Part shown: piece after piece, positions 12,737-27,700 of the stretch
Numbering within the stretch: the first letter of the stretch is position 1
Layout: every line of letters starts with the position of its first letter
Notes under the pieces: model-generated
What the model saw: only the letters and a program-made list of their open reading frames with translations
What the model was told of the DNA's origin: nothing
Databases searched by the model: none
NCBI RefSeq assembly: GCF_026571515.1
Contig: NW_026852739.1
Coordinates: 310,001-374,000 of the forward strand
Direction: 5' to 3'
Length of the DNA: 64,000 nt
Origin: Ruditapes philippinarum
Taxonomy: Eukaryota
Program-made: the position numbers and the translations under genes

Positions 12737-15700
12737 CTATGAAGTAAAATTTATGGAAAAAAACAAACACATTATGATCGACATTCAGTTCAAAATGATT
12801 TTAAGTAAATATATTAATTACAATTGAGAATTAAACTGAATATCTATGTAGCTTTGGATTTTGAGGCATTATAAACGATAATTATATGTAATGCAAAAAT
12901 TAAGAGATAAAATTAAATCCTCACCTGCTATTTCAGATTTGAATGCGTCTGTTGTACATGTTTTCTTTGGTAGATTTTCATACTCCACTTTACTAAATAA
13001 AAAATATAAAAAATGCAGTAGAAAGCTATTCACTACTGGTAAACCATGTAGCATGCAACTCCGAATACTACACGTACTTGTCGTATTTACCTTAAGGTAG
13101 GTTTTTAGCTTCTGATTATTTTTGGACATGAAAAAAAGCTTTTCCTGATTTTTAACTGATAGTTAACATAACATATTTACGATATTTTTATAGATATAAT
13201 CATCATAAGATGTTCATAAAGAAAACCAACCTGTCAGCTGTTTTTTCTTTTTCAACTGAAAAGGTAAATTATAAAACGGTTACACTCACACAAAATACCT
13301 CTATAACGAACATTAATTTGCACTAAAAAATGCCTTTAAAATTTTGACTTTCCTTAAGAAATAAATGCTGAATTTCTATTAGAAATATTTGATGCAGTGA
13401 TACTGGATCTCAAAAAAAGAATTTACGACTCATTTAACACTTTAACATGTTTCATACAGATTAATATAAAATAAAATATATACATACTACTATACCTTTA
13501 ATTGTATCATAAGCATTTGTGTTTTCGGTGCTTGTAGTACGCTCAAGCTTTTCATACAAATTTCTAAAATTGAAAATGATGGGATAATGTTTCAAGTATT
13601 TAAATTGGCATTTCAATATTGATTCAATATATGTGACTAATTTTAATTGGCCTCCTAGACGTTGTAATTTCTGACTTACGACTATATGTTGCTTTTGAAT
13701 TAAATTGTTTTCAATTGAAAACATAATATAGTTCTAAAACACAGAAGTTTTTAAAGTAATCATGAACAATCATTCATTAATTCTTCAAGGAAGATGAAGC
13801 TGCTTGAACTTTTTACAGAGAAGGAGGATAAGTTAGATAATGTTACATACATTTTGTTAACATTAATATTTGATTTGTTCGTATCGTTTGGTTTGGTCTG
13901 TTCATATAAGTCGTTAACGGCAACGTTGTCCATCTCCGTTGGCTGAGTTTGTTGTCCTTCATGGGGTGATTTTCTAAAATTATGAAATTATTTCATTATT
14001 ATTCTGATTCAAATATGCACAGTAAATAATAATTATTTTAGATAATCATTTGAATACAATACACGATATATTCCTGATTATTCGGTAACAAATCACACCT
14101 GTATGATGTATCTATTTTGTGAAATAGATATATACACGCATGGCATGATAAGTATAAATTAATTCTAACATATACATCAAATTTAACCTGACATCTTAGA
14201 TCCCGAAAATCAATCTTTAGTTTTGCTTAATGTCTCTCAAGTCTTTATCTCTTATTCTTTTTTTTCAAATACCTAAATAACATTCACAGACTTACTTATC
14301 TACGACATGAAAAAACGATTATAGATATAGCACGTGTACATATTAATATACATTGTATATATATTTATTGGCTGTAACCATATCCAATCATATACACATT
14401 GCTCTTTTAAAGAGAAAAGGAAAATCAAATCATATTACCTAAATATCGCTTGCAGCCGAGTCCTGATGCCATCTGAAAGTATACTCCTTTTTAATGTATG
14501 TTCATTCTTCCCCACAAAAATATAGATAGAATCTAGGTAAATGTTTAAACATACTAAGTTTTATATATTTGCGGATTTTGGGATATCAATTTATTTCACA
14601 ACATAAAAGATTTAACCAATAATCTTACAGGTTGTTTCAAAATAATTTTCAAAGAAAATAAAAAATTTGACGGATTAAGTATTAACCTATACCGAATGCA
14701 AGTGATATAACGAAATGAAGAAAAAGAAAAAATAATTTGAACTATAAAACATTAACTAAGAGTGACTAGGTCATTGAGCAACGGAGATGATGATTGCAGA
14801 TTTATTGATAATTACTATAAATAAAGATATAAATACTGAGAAAATTAAAAAAGGATTGTTTTTAATGTGTACTGTCAGAGAGTCGTGCAAATTGATATAC
14901 AGTTTAGTAAGTCATGAATTTAAATGTCTTTTCCAAGTACTACACACTTTTGAAAAATAGTGGACTGTTTTTAAACGCATTTTCTTAATATACCTGAATT
15001 AAAGATAAAATTCAAATTTATGTATTAAATTCAGTATTAAATTTATAATAGCCTAAGATCAATTATCTCTTATTAAAAGTTATATTGTTATAATATTTCA
15101 TATAAGATTAGTGCTAGTTAACATTATTATTATGTTTATCAATTTATTTTTCATTTTATTAGTATTAATTAAGCTGCATTTTCTTGAAAATTTTATGTGA
15201 TCGTTGATTTTGTAATCAGTGCGATTCACATATGCATGTATGACATACGACTGGAAGGTAAAGTTATTACATTATTTATTCTATTCTATCCTGAATTCAT
15301 TAAGAAAAGTTCAGCTGGATTGTCAATTAATAAGTGAGTAAAACTAAAGTAAAAAATAAATTTTCCATGAGATAGAATATGAAGACACAACATACCTTTC
15401 GTGATTGCTTTTCTTCGTAAAAGTACAACAAGAACCACTATCAAAGCTATCACTATCATAGCCGATACTACTCCACCTACAATTCCACCAACAGAGGAAC
15501 TTTGTGTGTCAGATCCTACAAAAAAAATAGGCACATTTTTCAATGTCAAGACCACGGATGTTAGTTGAACATAGCGAGACAATGAAAAACACTTGTTTTA
15601 CATGATGAAAAATCAAAACAAAACAAACAAAACTGAACATCTGGAATTAACCTTTAGAACACGCCTAATTGTAAATCCTACATTAGAACAATAAGAACAA

Positions 15701-18700
15701 GTAAATCTACTAAATAAACTTAATTCATATTGACAACAACTTTATGTTTTGTTATGTCAACAGTATTTGGTTGAAATAACCATCCTCTCACTTTTGGTAG
15801 ACAACGACACATAAAGAGGTTTGCGAGTAGACTCACTTAAATAATTCTTGTTTGAAAATTTACCAAGAATTGGCACATTGGTCTGTTACAGGCAATTATT
15901 GTTTGACATCAACTGCTGTCAATTTACATTCTAACTTGTTACATAATTCTCATTTAACTATCAGACAAATGATTAAAGTCAAACGTTTATGAACAAAGAT
16001 ATACATGTTCATTTAAACGAAAGATTCTTGTACAAGTGTCATATAAAATAGGTTATTCACTATTATAAGAGTATTAAGAAATGTATGAAATACACGCATT
16101 TTATTTCAATGCTATGAAAAGCATTTAATTTTAATCATTATTCAAATAAATTCACCTGCGTATTAAAGAGTCAATATGAAGCAATGTGAAAAAATTGAAG
16201 ATCAATAAGGGCGAATAGCAATACCTGTATATGTCTAACATGAACGATAGAAATGCGAATCGTTATAATAATAAGGCAATTTCATATCTTATATGCTTTG
16301 TCTGCCTTGCGCACAGACTCACTTGCGTTCATTGAACGTCGCCTTTCCTTGTTGATCTTGTTTATCATATTCTAAATCATTAAAGCTAACTTACCTATGA
16401 TTGAACGTGTCGTGAAGTTCTTATATTGAGAGAAAGGACCATTGCCTTCTCTATTAAACGCATAAATCCGTACAAAATATGCTGTTGAATGACTGAGGTC
16501 AGTTAAGACCTTTTGCTTAAAATCTTCACTTTCATCTGTCCCGCCATAAACTGTCTCAACATTTTCCCACTGTTCCATGTCAGTACTAAGCTGTATCAAG
16601 AAAGTCTGAGGAAATCCACCATGATATCCTTGTTGCCACGATACACGTGCAGTTGTTTGTTGAATGTTGTCTACTGTTACATTATATGAAACACCTGGTG
16701 GACCTATTGCAAAGATTAAAGCACATCGTTTAAAACCAGCCTGAAAAATGTTATTTAAGGCATTTTGTGAAAAATTAAAAAATAACGGCCCATGTCGGCA
16801 AATTTGAATAACTAATCTAATGTTATATCTAGAATGCCCGAAATGCATCATGTCTAAATGTTATTATGCTTAGTATTCTTAATTCAAATTTAAATATACA
16901 TTTTTATATTTTTATTTCACAAGTAAGAAAAACAATATACTTTATTCAATCTATAGCCACCTTTTGCTATTATTTCCATTGACCGTACAGTTGAATTTAT
17001 TTCGTTTGTCACAACAACATCATAACTACCAATGTCATCTTTTGTTTCTATATGAATTAATATCCTAGCCCTAACTCCTGCTGTTTTTATGGTATTTCCA
17101 AACACTTTCAAATCTACTTGTGCATTTGTCTCTGTTACATTGTATTTAACATCTGCCTGTCTCATTCCATTTCTATTTCTAAAGATTTTAATACTAGATC
17201 CTGCAGAATTTGAGAAATAGTAAACGTCCATGGCGACATTTTCCATTAGTCTGGCTGATGTTCTTTCACCCAAATAAGTTATGATTGGAAATGCTGAAAA
17301 CATAAGCTTTTTATAATTCTTTTAACAAGAAATTGAAGGTTACAATGGTATTTTCTTTAATGAATATTAAAACGAAGACTTGGATTATTTAGGAATTCAC
17401 ACGGAAATAGTTCATCCAAACCAAACCATGCTACACCTATGTAATGAAAAGAAAGAAGATATAAAATTTATCTCGATGTAATTGTGTATGTTGAAATAAG
17501 ATAATAAATGTGCAACATCCCTTATCACCCATAGCACAATGAATGCTTCCGCAGCTGTATTCAATCTTTAACAATTTAAGGACTGAAATATATTATCCCG
17601 AATGACCAAAAAAATATAACAACATTTTAATGAAGTTCGAGGCAAGTTTGTACGACTGACACAACATACTTGACAACAGTTGTGCGTATCAAATCTGGAA
17701 AAAAGGAAATAAAAGTATGACAATTGCAGACTCCTTGTTCATTAGAGAGATAACGTTATAATCTCTGAATATATATTGACCTAAAACAACTAAAAAATAC
17801 GCGTATCAAAAGCTGTACTTTAGCCACATATAATAACATACAAAAACATTGCAGAGAAGTTAAAGAGATAAGCAAATTGAATGCTTTCTTAAGTAAATGA
17901 ACAATAAAGACGGTACATGTTTTTATCATGACAACTTTTCAGCAGTACGGAAGAAGAATATTTGTGTATAAATCAGGCTAAAAGAAGACAAAATCCCGTA
18001 ACTCTCATTAAGCTTGCTGTATAACTTCTTCAAGTATAAGAGTATAAGATATAAACGTCCTACGCTACATTGGGGAAAAAAAACAAGACCAGTACATTAG
18101 TCCCCCAGTTTAAAACGGAAAAAAATAAAAACCAACATGATTTAAGACAATAAAAACTTTACTCTTAACATTTTAAACTGTAATTTTTTTTACTTAACTT
18201 ACAAACTTTTGACGATCCTTCCATAATCCCTGGTTTGGGGTGCAAAAAACTTTAAAATTCATTACTAACGAACATGTATATTTCCAATGGTTCATATGTT
18301 AAACCTGAAAACTCTAGTCGCTGACTTCCACTATGTTCTAATATAGGTGTATTTTTTTCCTGGCCAGTTTGAACCCATTTACCTAAAAATATGCGGTAAC
18401 CATTGCTTACATGAAAAAGGGCTTTTGCAGTTTGATTTTTTGTTTTTGTTTTGTTCTGAACATCTGGGGATCTAAAATGATTTGCTGTTTTTGAATTCTT
18501 TTTAATCAAACCATACTTTTACGAAATTTGATTTTCCAGGGGGCCTTGGGCCTGGTAATGCAGGGAAGGGGCACCTGGGGTCCCTCCCATAAAGTGGAAC
18601 GTCGCGTTTAGCCCTATACGTGTCGTTTGGACGTAAAACCAAAACCAAAAAAACAAAATTACCAATAAAAAATATTTTTTTAATTAAAATTTTTATTTTT

Positions 18701-21700
18701 TTTTATAATTAAATTTTTTCTTTTTAAAAGCTTTTTATTGGGTTTTTTAAATTTTTTTCCCCCTCAATAAAGCTTAAATATTTTTTTTAAACTTTGCGTT
18801 TTAGGAAAGTACGTTATAGACTTGTTATTGTATAATTTAAACAAAATTTTTCATTTTTTTTCATTTTCAATTAAGCGTATTTTCTTCAGGAAAACCATCT
18901 TACATGTACTAACCCCCATATTCAGACAGCATAAAATTGATAAACAAAAAAAAAAAAATGCATTAAGGAACATTCTTCCCAGCACCAACAAAACTAAACA
19001 AAAAAAATCAGAGAGAAGCATTTTTCCCTTTGTATACTTTTTATTCATTTCGGGGGTAAATGCCCTTTAAGTATTTCAAGTTTCCGTGTAGTTGCTTTCA
19101 TGAATACTTTATCTTTTATAACCAAATATCCATAAAAAAAAATAATTTTTTCCCTCAGTGTTTAATTGACTTTTAAACAAAAATATATACAGATGTAATC
19201 TTAATAATAAACTTTTATTAGCATCAAGAAGCGAGTTGATTATTGGAAAAAAATCATGGAAAATTTTGTATTGTTCTCAGTTTTTTTATGTTGCTGAAAG
19301 TATTTAACAATTTCAATAAATTTCAGTAAATGTGTTGTAAAATGAAATTTTACTGCTTTCTTTTCAAAACCATCAATTTTAGTCTAATGATTGAAAAAAA
19401 CGAAAATTATAAATTAGAATACTTACAATAACTGTAAAAAATTTTTTTGTTGTAGCATTTTCTTTTCCATTTTTGGGCATTACATGTAATTTTTGCAGCA
19501 TCACCTTCTCACTTTTGTAAAAGATAAGATAATTTTTTATTTCCATTTCCCGCCCCTTGATGTAGATCTTTTTTCTTGTCCTTGTTTTACCATTGAATTT
19601 AAGCGTTACTAGAAAGAAATTTATCGTGTTATTTCCTAAACAAAATTTACCATCTGACTTTGGGGTTTAAATTTAATGGGCGGTCTGAAATAATGAGAAT
19701 TGTAAAAATGTTAAATGCAGAATATGTTAATTTTAAATTTGAGGTCACCATTTTATTTTCTTTAAAAGTATTGTAAGCAAAATAAAATGCAAGAAAAGGG
19801 GCAAATTAATATACCTGTATATAAAAGAATGTTTATAAAAAACAAAAAAATAAATACAAAAAAATTTTGCAGATTTTCACAAGATTAATTTTAAAACTTT
19901 ATACAAAACTTACATCTAAGACCCAAAATTTTTTATTTTTAAGATGCCCAAAATATTTTTAGCTTCACAGAAAAATATCCCCATCTTTGTCCGTTTGATC
20001 AGTATTAATCTTGTCGACGTTTATCCCACCAATCTCCACTTTTTTGGGCAAATTTTGTGGGCCTTTTTAATAAATTGTTTATTGCCCATGGATTCAAATT
20101 TGGGGTTAGAACTTCCAGAGTGCAGTAAAAACTTAATTTTTTTTTCCTTTGGAAATAATGTTTTGTTTCCAGTTATGGTGTTTAAGAGTTTTAACAAAAA
20201 TTTTAGTTCACATTATGGAAAGATAAAAAAAAATAAAAATTTTTAAATCATTTTATAAAATAATTAATATTTATTTAAATTAATAAATTTTTAAAAATAA
20301 ATTATAATTTAGAATTTAAAGATGTTTTTAAAAAAAATTTTTTAAAATACTTATCTTCAAATTAATATAAAAATCCCCATTATTTTTTAAAAAATTTTTT
20401 GGATTTGTTTCAATTAATATGTAACATTAAAGATAAGAATAAAAATTTTTATATTTAAATGTTAAAAAAATAAAAAAAAAAAACAAACAATGCAAAATCA
20501 AAGTTGCCCATTTAAAAACCAATTTTGCTTTTTTAAAAGGGTAAATTTTATTTTTAAGTAAACAACTAGTAACCCTTAAATTGTAGAAAAACGATTTTGA
20601 AGTTTTAGATTCCCAATGAAAACTTAAATTAAATTTCAAGAAATGTCCAAACGTAGAAAAAAAAAAATTTTAACAGGGGTTTTTTAAAAATTTCATTTTT
20701 TTGAAATTATATAATTTCAAATAAAGAAATTATTTTTAAAATAAAATGAAAATATGATAAGAAAAAAAGAAAAAAAAGAGCCCTTTTTTTTTCTGTAGAT
20801 AAGTTTTTTTTAATTTTGATTATTTAAACTTTAAAAAATAACTTAATTTTTAAACAAAGCATACATTTTAAGTAAAGAAAATCTGGCCCTTTTTTTCTGT
20901 TCCTATTCCCATTATTTGCTTTAAAGAATAACTTCCATAGTGTGTTCTTTACGGGTAAAAAACTGAGACGGAGACCCCCGTTGGTTTTTCTTGAGAATCA
21001 GGCTTTTCCATGGTACCAAGTTATTTTTGATATTGGTTTACTATCACTGAAATTTTAACTGTTTTTTCCCCCTTTCATTAAAATTTTTACTGTTTTTTGT
21101 CCTTGTATTTACAAGGAAATTCCCTGAATAATTTTTAAAAAAGTGAAATATTTTATAAAAAAGTTTGTTGACTACTTTTTTCCAAGGATTCAGCTATATT
21201 AGATCATAATTATAATAAAACAAAATAACTGCCAAACGTTTTTTCTTCTAACAAGCAACAATTCAAATACCATACAATAAATTTTGTTTTTACTTTTCTT
21301 TTGAAAATTTTGTCATATGAATTTATAAATATGTCATTTAAAAGGTTCATTTACCTGGAAAATTGCCAATAAGTAAACACGTCTTGTACAAATGTCAAAT
21401 AAAAAAACAAATCATTTTACTTACATTTCAAATTGAGTTTTATCCTATCAACAACAGGTGACTGTGACACACTGTTCGACACGGAACATGTAATATCATC
21501 ACCGTCCATATATCGTGTTGGATACAGTATAAGTTGTTGCGACCTCACTACTCCATTATTTACTCCTGTTGATGTCGTATATGAACTATTACTTTCAAGT
21601 GTTTGTGATCCATTTCTCCATGTTATATCAGACGCAGGATTTGATGATCCTGTTGTACAAGTCAATGTTAATGATGTAGACCCTGTAGCAATGATTTCTC

Positions 21701-24700
21701 TGTTGCCTGTTATTTGTGTCGTTGATGATCCAACTGAAACTTTATATAATGGAATAAAAAATGAAAATATGACAGAGAAATCGGTTTACATTAACTCCTC
21801 AAGTTTTCAAAACATTACTTTTATCTTATACTGTATTGAATATACCTGCAAAAAAGCGTCGTAACTTCGTTTAAAGTTTAAAGGCATGTGTCTGACCCAA
21901 AACTATAGTTTTAATATATAACTTCTCAAATAATTAACTATGTTAATCTACCGATAATGTATGTAACCATGCTATATTGAAGCATTTATGATGTTTGGAT
22001 TATATATATTGTAGACAATTATTCAGAAGACTGTGAGCCCAAACGGTTATAATATACATTTAAAGTTGTTTTAAGTTAGTATAATATAATTATTATTATC
22101 TTGAAACAATCCTGTCAAAATAACTATTCATTTGAAAACTAAAACTACTAGAATAGGGATTTAATAATACGTTAGGGAACAGTTAATTTTTTTTATATAG
22201 ATTTATCAAGTTACATATATTTATTAACAAAGTCTTTTATTGAAACTCTATGAAAAAATATGAATATGAAAAAGGCATGACTGTAGAAGTTGTTTTCTTC
22301 TTCTAATTTAACGTCTTTAAGAGCTGACTTGTTAATTTTCGTAGCAGTGACCTATGTATAATTTTTCATGACAGTTTATATATGTCAATAAAACTTCATA
22401 ACATCAAACATAACATTATATATCTTTCCATGAAAATTCCCAATCTTTGGGGGAGCATAATAAAATCTGGAGAAATAGTGATCCCTCGGAGGCATTTATC
22501 ACAACAAAAATACATGAAATTGCAGACTTCGGTTTGATCGAGTATGTAACATTAGGGATAATGAAAAGTGCAATATCCCTCACGCTACATAGCACCTGCT
22601 TCGTCGGTACTTAATTTTCAACGCTTAAAAGTGCTTGATTTAATGATCCCGAAGGACCAGACAGATATAACAACACTGAAGTGAAGTGCGGGACAACATT
22701 TACATCTTCGCCACACGCGCACTTGCCCCAAAGGTCCTTCGGGATCATTGGTGCCAGCACATTCTAAGTGTTGAGAATTTGAGTAAACGGCTCAAGCCGG
22801 TGGCTAGCGGCCATGAGGCTGTTTGCACATTCTTCATGATCCCTCATGTACAGACTCAATCAAACCCGAGTTTGCAATTCTCTTGTAATTTTGCTGTGAT
22901 TTATGCTTCCGAGGGATCACTTTGTTTCCAGATTGTTGTCTTAATCAATTACTTTAACTGTGTAGTTTTGATTTTATTAGACATTGGAAATACCAGATGT
23001 TCTATATTTGTTTCTAAATTTAGCATTGAAAATTAAAAAAGAAGAACAACTTTACGTTCCAAAAGGGATCTGGAAGGTACATAAATAATGATTAAAGAAA
23101 AAAGAAGAAAGTAAAACAAAAGTCAACCTTCTTTGCTTGGTTTGAATTCAGTTTACAGTAATTCTAGTCTATATGAATTCCGTTTCAAAGCAGAGATAAT
23201 GCATATGGAGAGTGACATTTAAATAAAATATATGCTTATGTGGTCATTAATTCCCACAGCTGCTCTAAACTATAAACGTTTTCAAAGTTATATCTTTAAA
23301 AGGTTAACTGAAGCACAAGAGCAGCTATTTATTGGTGAAAAAATATGTCATGATTATACTCATTTATTTTTTTCATTTCCAGTAACATTTGCATAAAGCT
23401 GGTTTGAACTGAAATATAACATTTGCATAAAGCTGGTTTTAATTGAAATGATGCTTAAATCAAATTAAGACATGACTGTTTCGCATACAATACAACATTA
23501 TAATAATAGAATATTGATATTTCTTGGTAAGGAATGATATGTATGCAATATGAATACTGCTCTTATCTTTTGCTACAATTTTCAGACATGCATTATTATC
23601 ATATTCCAAAATCTTATCTTGTCTGCCTAATTCAACTCACAGCTTCATTTAGATATACAATAATGAATAAATTCTATTATGTTTACATCGGTAAATGCCA
23701 ATTTAATATTAACTTACACTGAACAGTTAGATTTGTTGATCTGGTGAGCTGTGCTGGACTCACTAATGCAGGATGAGTAACTATACACTGTATACTTTGT
23801 CCATTATCCGCAGCTGTCACTTGTCTAGTATATATAGAAACGACTGTAAATGTTTCTGTTGCAGCATCGGCTGTGTTTGTTGTACTGCCACTATACATCT
23901 GACCTTGATATAACCAGGATATACTGGCTGCTGGTCTACACCCACTTGTTGTACATCTTACCGTTACAGTACTACCAGCTGATACAACAGATGTCTGAGT
24001 AACTGTTGGCTGACTAGGCTTTACTGAAAGAAAGAAAATAAGAATCCTTAAAGAAAGCCCAAAACAACAAAATTGAAAATGTTGCAGACTCGGAAAGACA
24101 GAAATAACCGTTATTAAAAGAAATTTGTTGTTTCACCAATCTACTTATTAAGACTAAATATCTACAAAGCTATTACGACCGCGCCGTCTATGCTAAAGTT
24201 ACAGCCAAACTTTTATTAATTCATAAGTCATATTACAAAAAGTACATATACATGTTCGTAAAAAATACATTCAACTAATAGGCCTCTTATTCTGTAAATT
24301 AATCATCATTATCATGATTCGTTTAAATTGAAAAAATGAGTTCCTTATGAAGTTGCGGTGAAAGTTTTGTGAAATTTGACATAATTGCAAAAAAGATAGT
24401 GTGTTTAATAATATCCTAGGATGCAAAGTTACAAAGACTTAAAGCATCAAAATTAGGCATATGCTTTTTATGCACTGCGCTTCTTTTAATCTGCACAGTT
24501 CAAAGATGATACTTTAAATACATTTGTGAAATGCTCTGAATAAAATTTATGCATAAAAAATCTCCAATAGCAAACTCTCCAAAACTATGGAATGTTTTTT
24601 GAGAATGAGATACATACCTCCCTCCATCCCTCCCTACCTATCCCAATCACTAAGCAAAAGTTATTGACAAAAAAAACAAACGGACAAACAACTGCAAGTA

Positions 24701-27700
24701 TGAGAAATTCATTGTGTTAAATTCACTTCAGTGTGTCCTTGTCCATTATAAGAAAAATAGTTTTAAGCTTAATACTCACATCTTAGGTAAAGTAACACAG
24801 ATTTGTTATTTGATCCAACTTGAGCAGTATCAGCTTGAGGATAGTACGATCTACATATCAAATATTTCTTATCATCTGATGTAGTAGGTGTAAATGTGTG
24901 TTGTAGGTTGACAGTGTATGTTCCGTCACTTTGTAATGTCCCTGAACTTGTATTGGACAACTGGTTAGAGCTAGATATACTGTTCTTATACCAGGTTACC
25001 GTTGGTAAGGGATATCCTCCAGTTGAAGTACATTGTATTGTCAGAGATTGTCCTTCATTTCCGTAAACAACTTCACGAGTAGCATTCAACTGCACGACAT
25101 TTGAAATTACTGGTGTAGTAGGTGAAGCTGAAATTACCAACGAAATATAATCATTAAATCATACAATGTTTATTTTATTGAAATAAAATATATATTTCTC
25201 GAAAAAACAACAACACAAAAAAATTGAATTCAGTGAAAGCATTTCTTACAAAACATAATTCTTTCTTAAAATTCAAATTATGCAAGACGTTTTAATTGTG
25301 CAAACATATCAAACATATTTATCAGGTTACTGTCTACCACAATTGCTGCACGAACATAAAGTTTGTAAAATTGTATACCTATAATACATTGAGTGTTGCA
25401 TAAATTATGTTTCTTTACATGATAAATGTGTGTGTGTGTGTGGAAACACCATCATCAATTGAGAAAAAAAAAATGAATGGATTTGAGAGCTGTCATTGTA
25501 TATATCAAAGAAAACTATCCTTTAATTCGAGACAATATCTGAAGTTGTGTAAAAATTGAAAAACAACAAGTTTGTTTTTAAATTGGAGAATCACAACTTA
25601 CATACCTATTTTAAATGATCCTGTTAATGGAGTAGCTTGTGTGATGGTTTTAACAACAATGCTGTATGTGTATGACCCATCATCTAAAGAGTTACTAGAA
25701 GTCCACACACATCTATAATAGCTTGTATTCTGTTTACTACTTGAACATGCTGAAGATCCTGATATCTGGATGGCGCTATTCTGTTTAAATAGATAATAAT
25801 TATACAAAACGTTTGTCACGTGGTGTTTATGATTATAAATTACGTCAGGGTTTATTTCTTAAAGACCTTTTCTTTTCACTGGTTAATAAGGCAACATTGG
25901 AGTACAATAATAATCGTATGCCTTTTAATACAGTATTTCTTCCTTGGCGGATAAAACTGTACTGTACTTATTTGTCGGAATGATTTTGAAAGGTATATGT
26001 TTGTCAAGTATGTACAATTTTCATAATGCCTGGACAAACACGTACACACACAGAAGTAGACACGCACGCACGCGTGTATGCACGTATGCACATAATTGAT
26101 GAAACATTATTGTACAGACAGCTCTTCAGTCACATTATCATCATAGTTTTCATCGTAGACTTCGTTATTTAAATTTTTTTCTTCTAGAAAGAAATATTGT
26201 CGTAGCGGTACATCGGTACAACTATACAATCACATTGCTATTTAGTTATGAAAGAATCGTCAGAAAGTCACGTCACATAAAATACATAAGGTAACACAAA
26301 ATCATCAAAATCTACTTGATAGTTAAGCAAGAAATGAAATTGAAAGTTTTATTTATATATTTAATTATCTAAACTATTTTATTCAGAATACAATTTAAAA
26401 AACTTTAATAAATGAATGACAAATTTCATTACTATAGAGTTTTATCAAAATATTTTCTTAAATGACTGCAGAATATTTTTTCTGTTTTATCAAAATCTAT
26501 TGAGATGTTGAAGACAATATATCATTCACCATTTTTTTCTTCTATTTTTAGCATTGGCTACCATCTTGTTCAACAGATCGGTACCATTTAAGCAATTGTT
26601 TTTTCGTTGTTTTTGTTTCTCGGGGGCCCAGTAAGGGGTAACCCCATTTTTTTCATCGTCATAGGCATGACAGGGGTCGAGAAGCATCCTCCTATCAACC
26701 TTACAATGATACATGTGCAGGGCTGGAAAGCAAAACTGCGTCGTATCCTACAAAATGTAAACAAACGCCGCCATCTTGGAACGAAAAAGGTATGTTTTTG
26801 TTTATAACGAAATGAATGAAAACCAGATATATATGTTTTCCACTATTTTCCGCATCGTTCGCTTTTCACTTAATAAATCTTATAAGTGTGCATTTATGAC
26901 TGATTTCACTGGTGTATCAATATTTGCCCGATCATGCTGAAATTTTCAATAAATATAGAACAGAGACATGATGTTACATACAGTTGTAGATAATTTTGGG
27001 GTTGGTGAGGAAGTTTACGAAAGAAGTTGCTCTGTACTTAATGATTAGCGTAATGTATACATGAATATTTGATTGGGACAAAATAACATTAATAGTTATA
27101 CATTTACTTTTCATGTTTTTCCAAAGAATTCATAAGCTTAAACTGCATTAATACATATTATTAATACACATTTTTTTACACAAAGACTCAATAAAATAGA
27201 CATTGTTACAAATAAAATACAGTATATCTATGGTATATTTCCCAGTAAAGATCAGTTTGATTGCATAATATGAATTAAAAAGATTAATTAGAAACAGTAC
27301 ATATAATATGATGAATATAAAATTTTCGAAAAGGTATAATTTGCTTGTCTGAAAACGAAAAGTGACAAGGTTGAAATGGGAGTTAACTCTAAATGAATTT
27401 TAATAGATTTTTAGGGAGTTGCGCCCTTACATAAATGACAATATTCATACACATTACAAATATATGTTTTTTAAATTCTGTCAAAGTCTCGTTTTTATTT
27501 CTACATTTGTATTCAAAGTGGTATTTTATATTATTATTATTATTATATTTCTTCAAAATCTAGGTGCTTACAATTGTAAGGATAATCAGCAAATCAGTGT
27601 CTAAGATGCTGTTGTTTTACACATGTTTAAACATTACTTGCAAAATCACATTCCCAGAAAAGATGTAACAAAGTTTCTCTTTGAGATTTACATAAAAACA

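Noticed and set aside
14188-14272. Possible extra cytoplasmic exon in gene B (AG..GT bounded)
   Set aside because: In-frame stop, not needed for phase, no intact counterpart in C
21433-21864. Plus-strand ORFs overlapping Ig exons (also 48370, 49067, 50081, 50864)
   Set aside because: Antisense shadows of minus-strand coding exons
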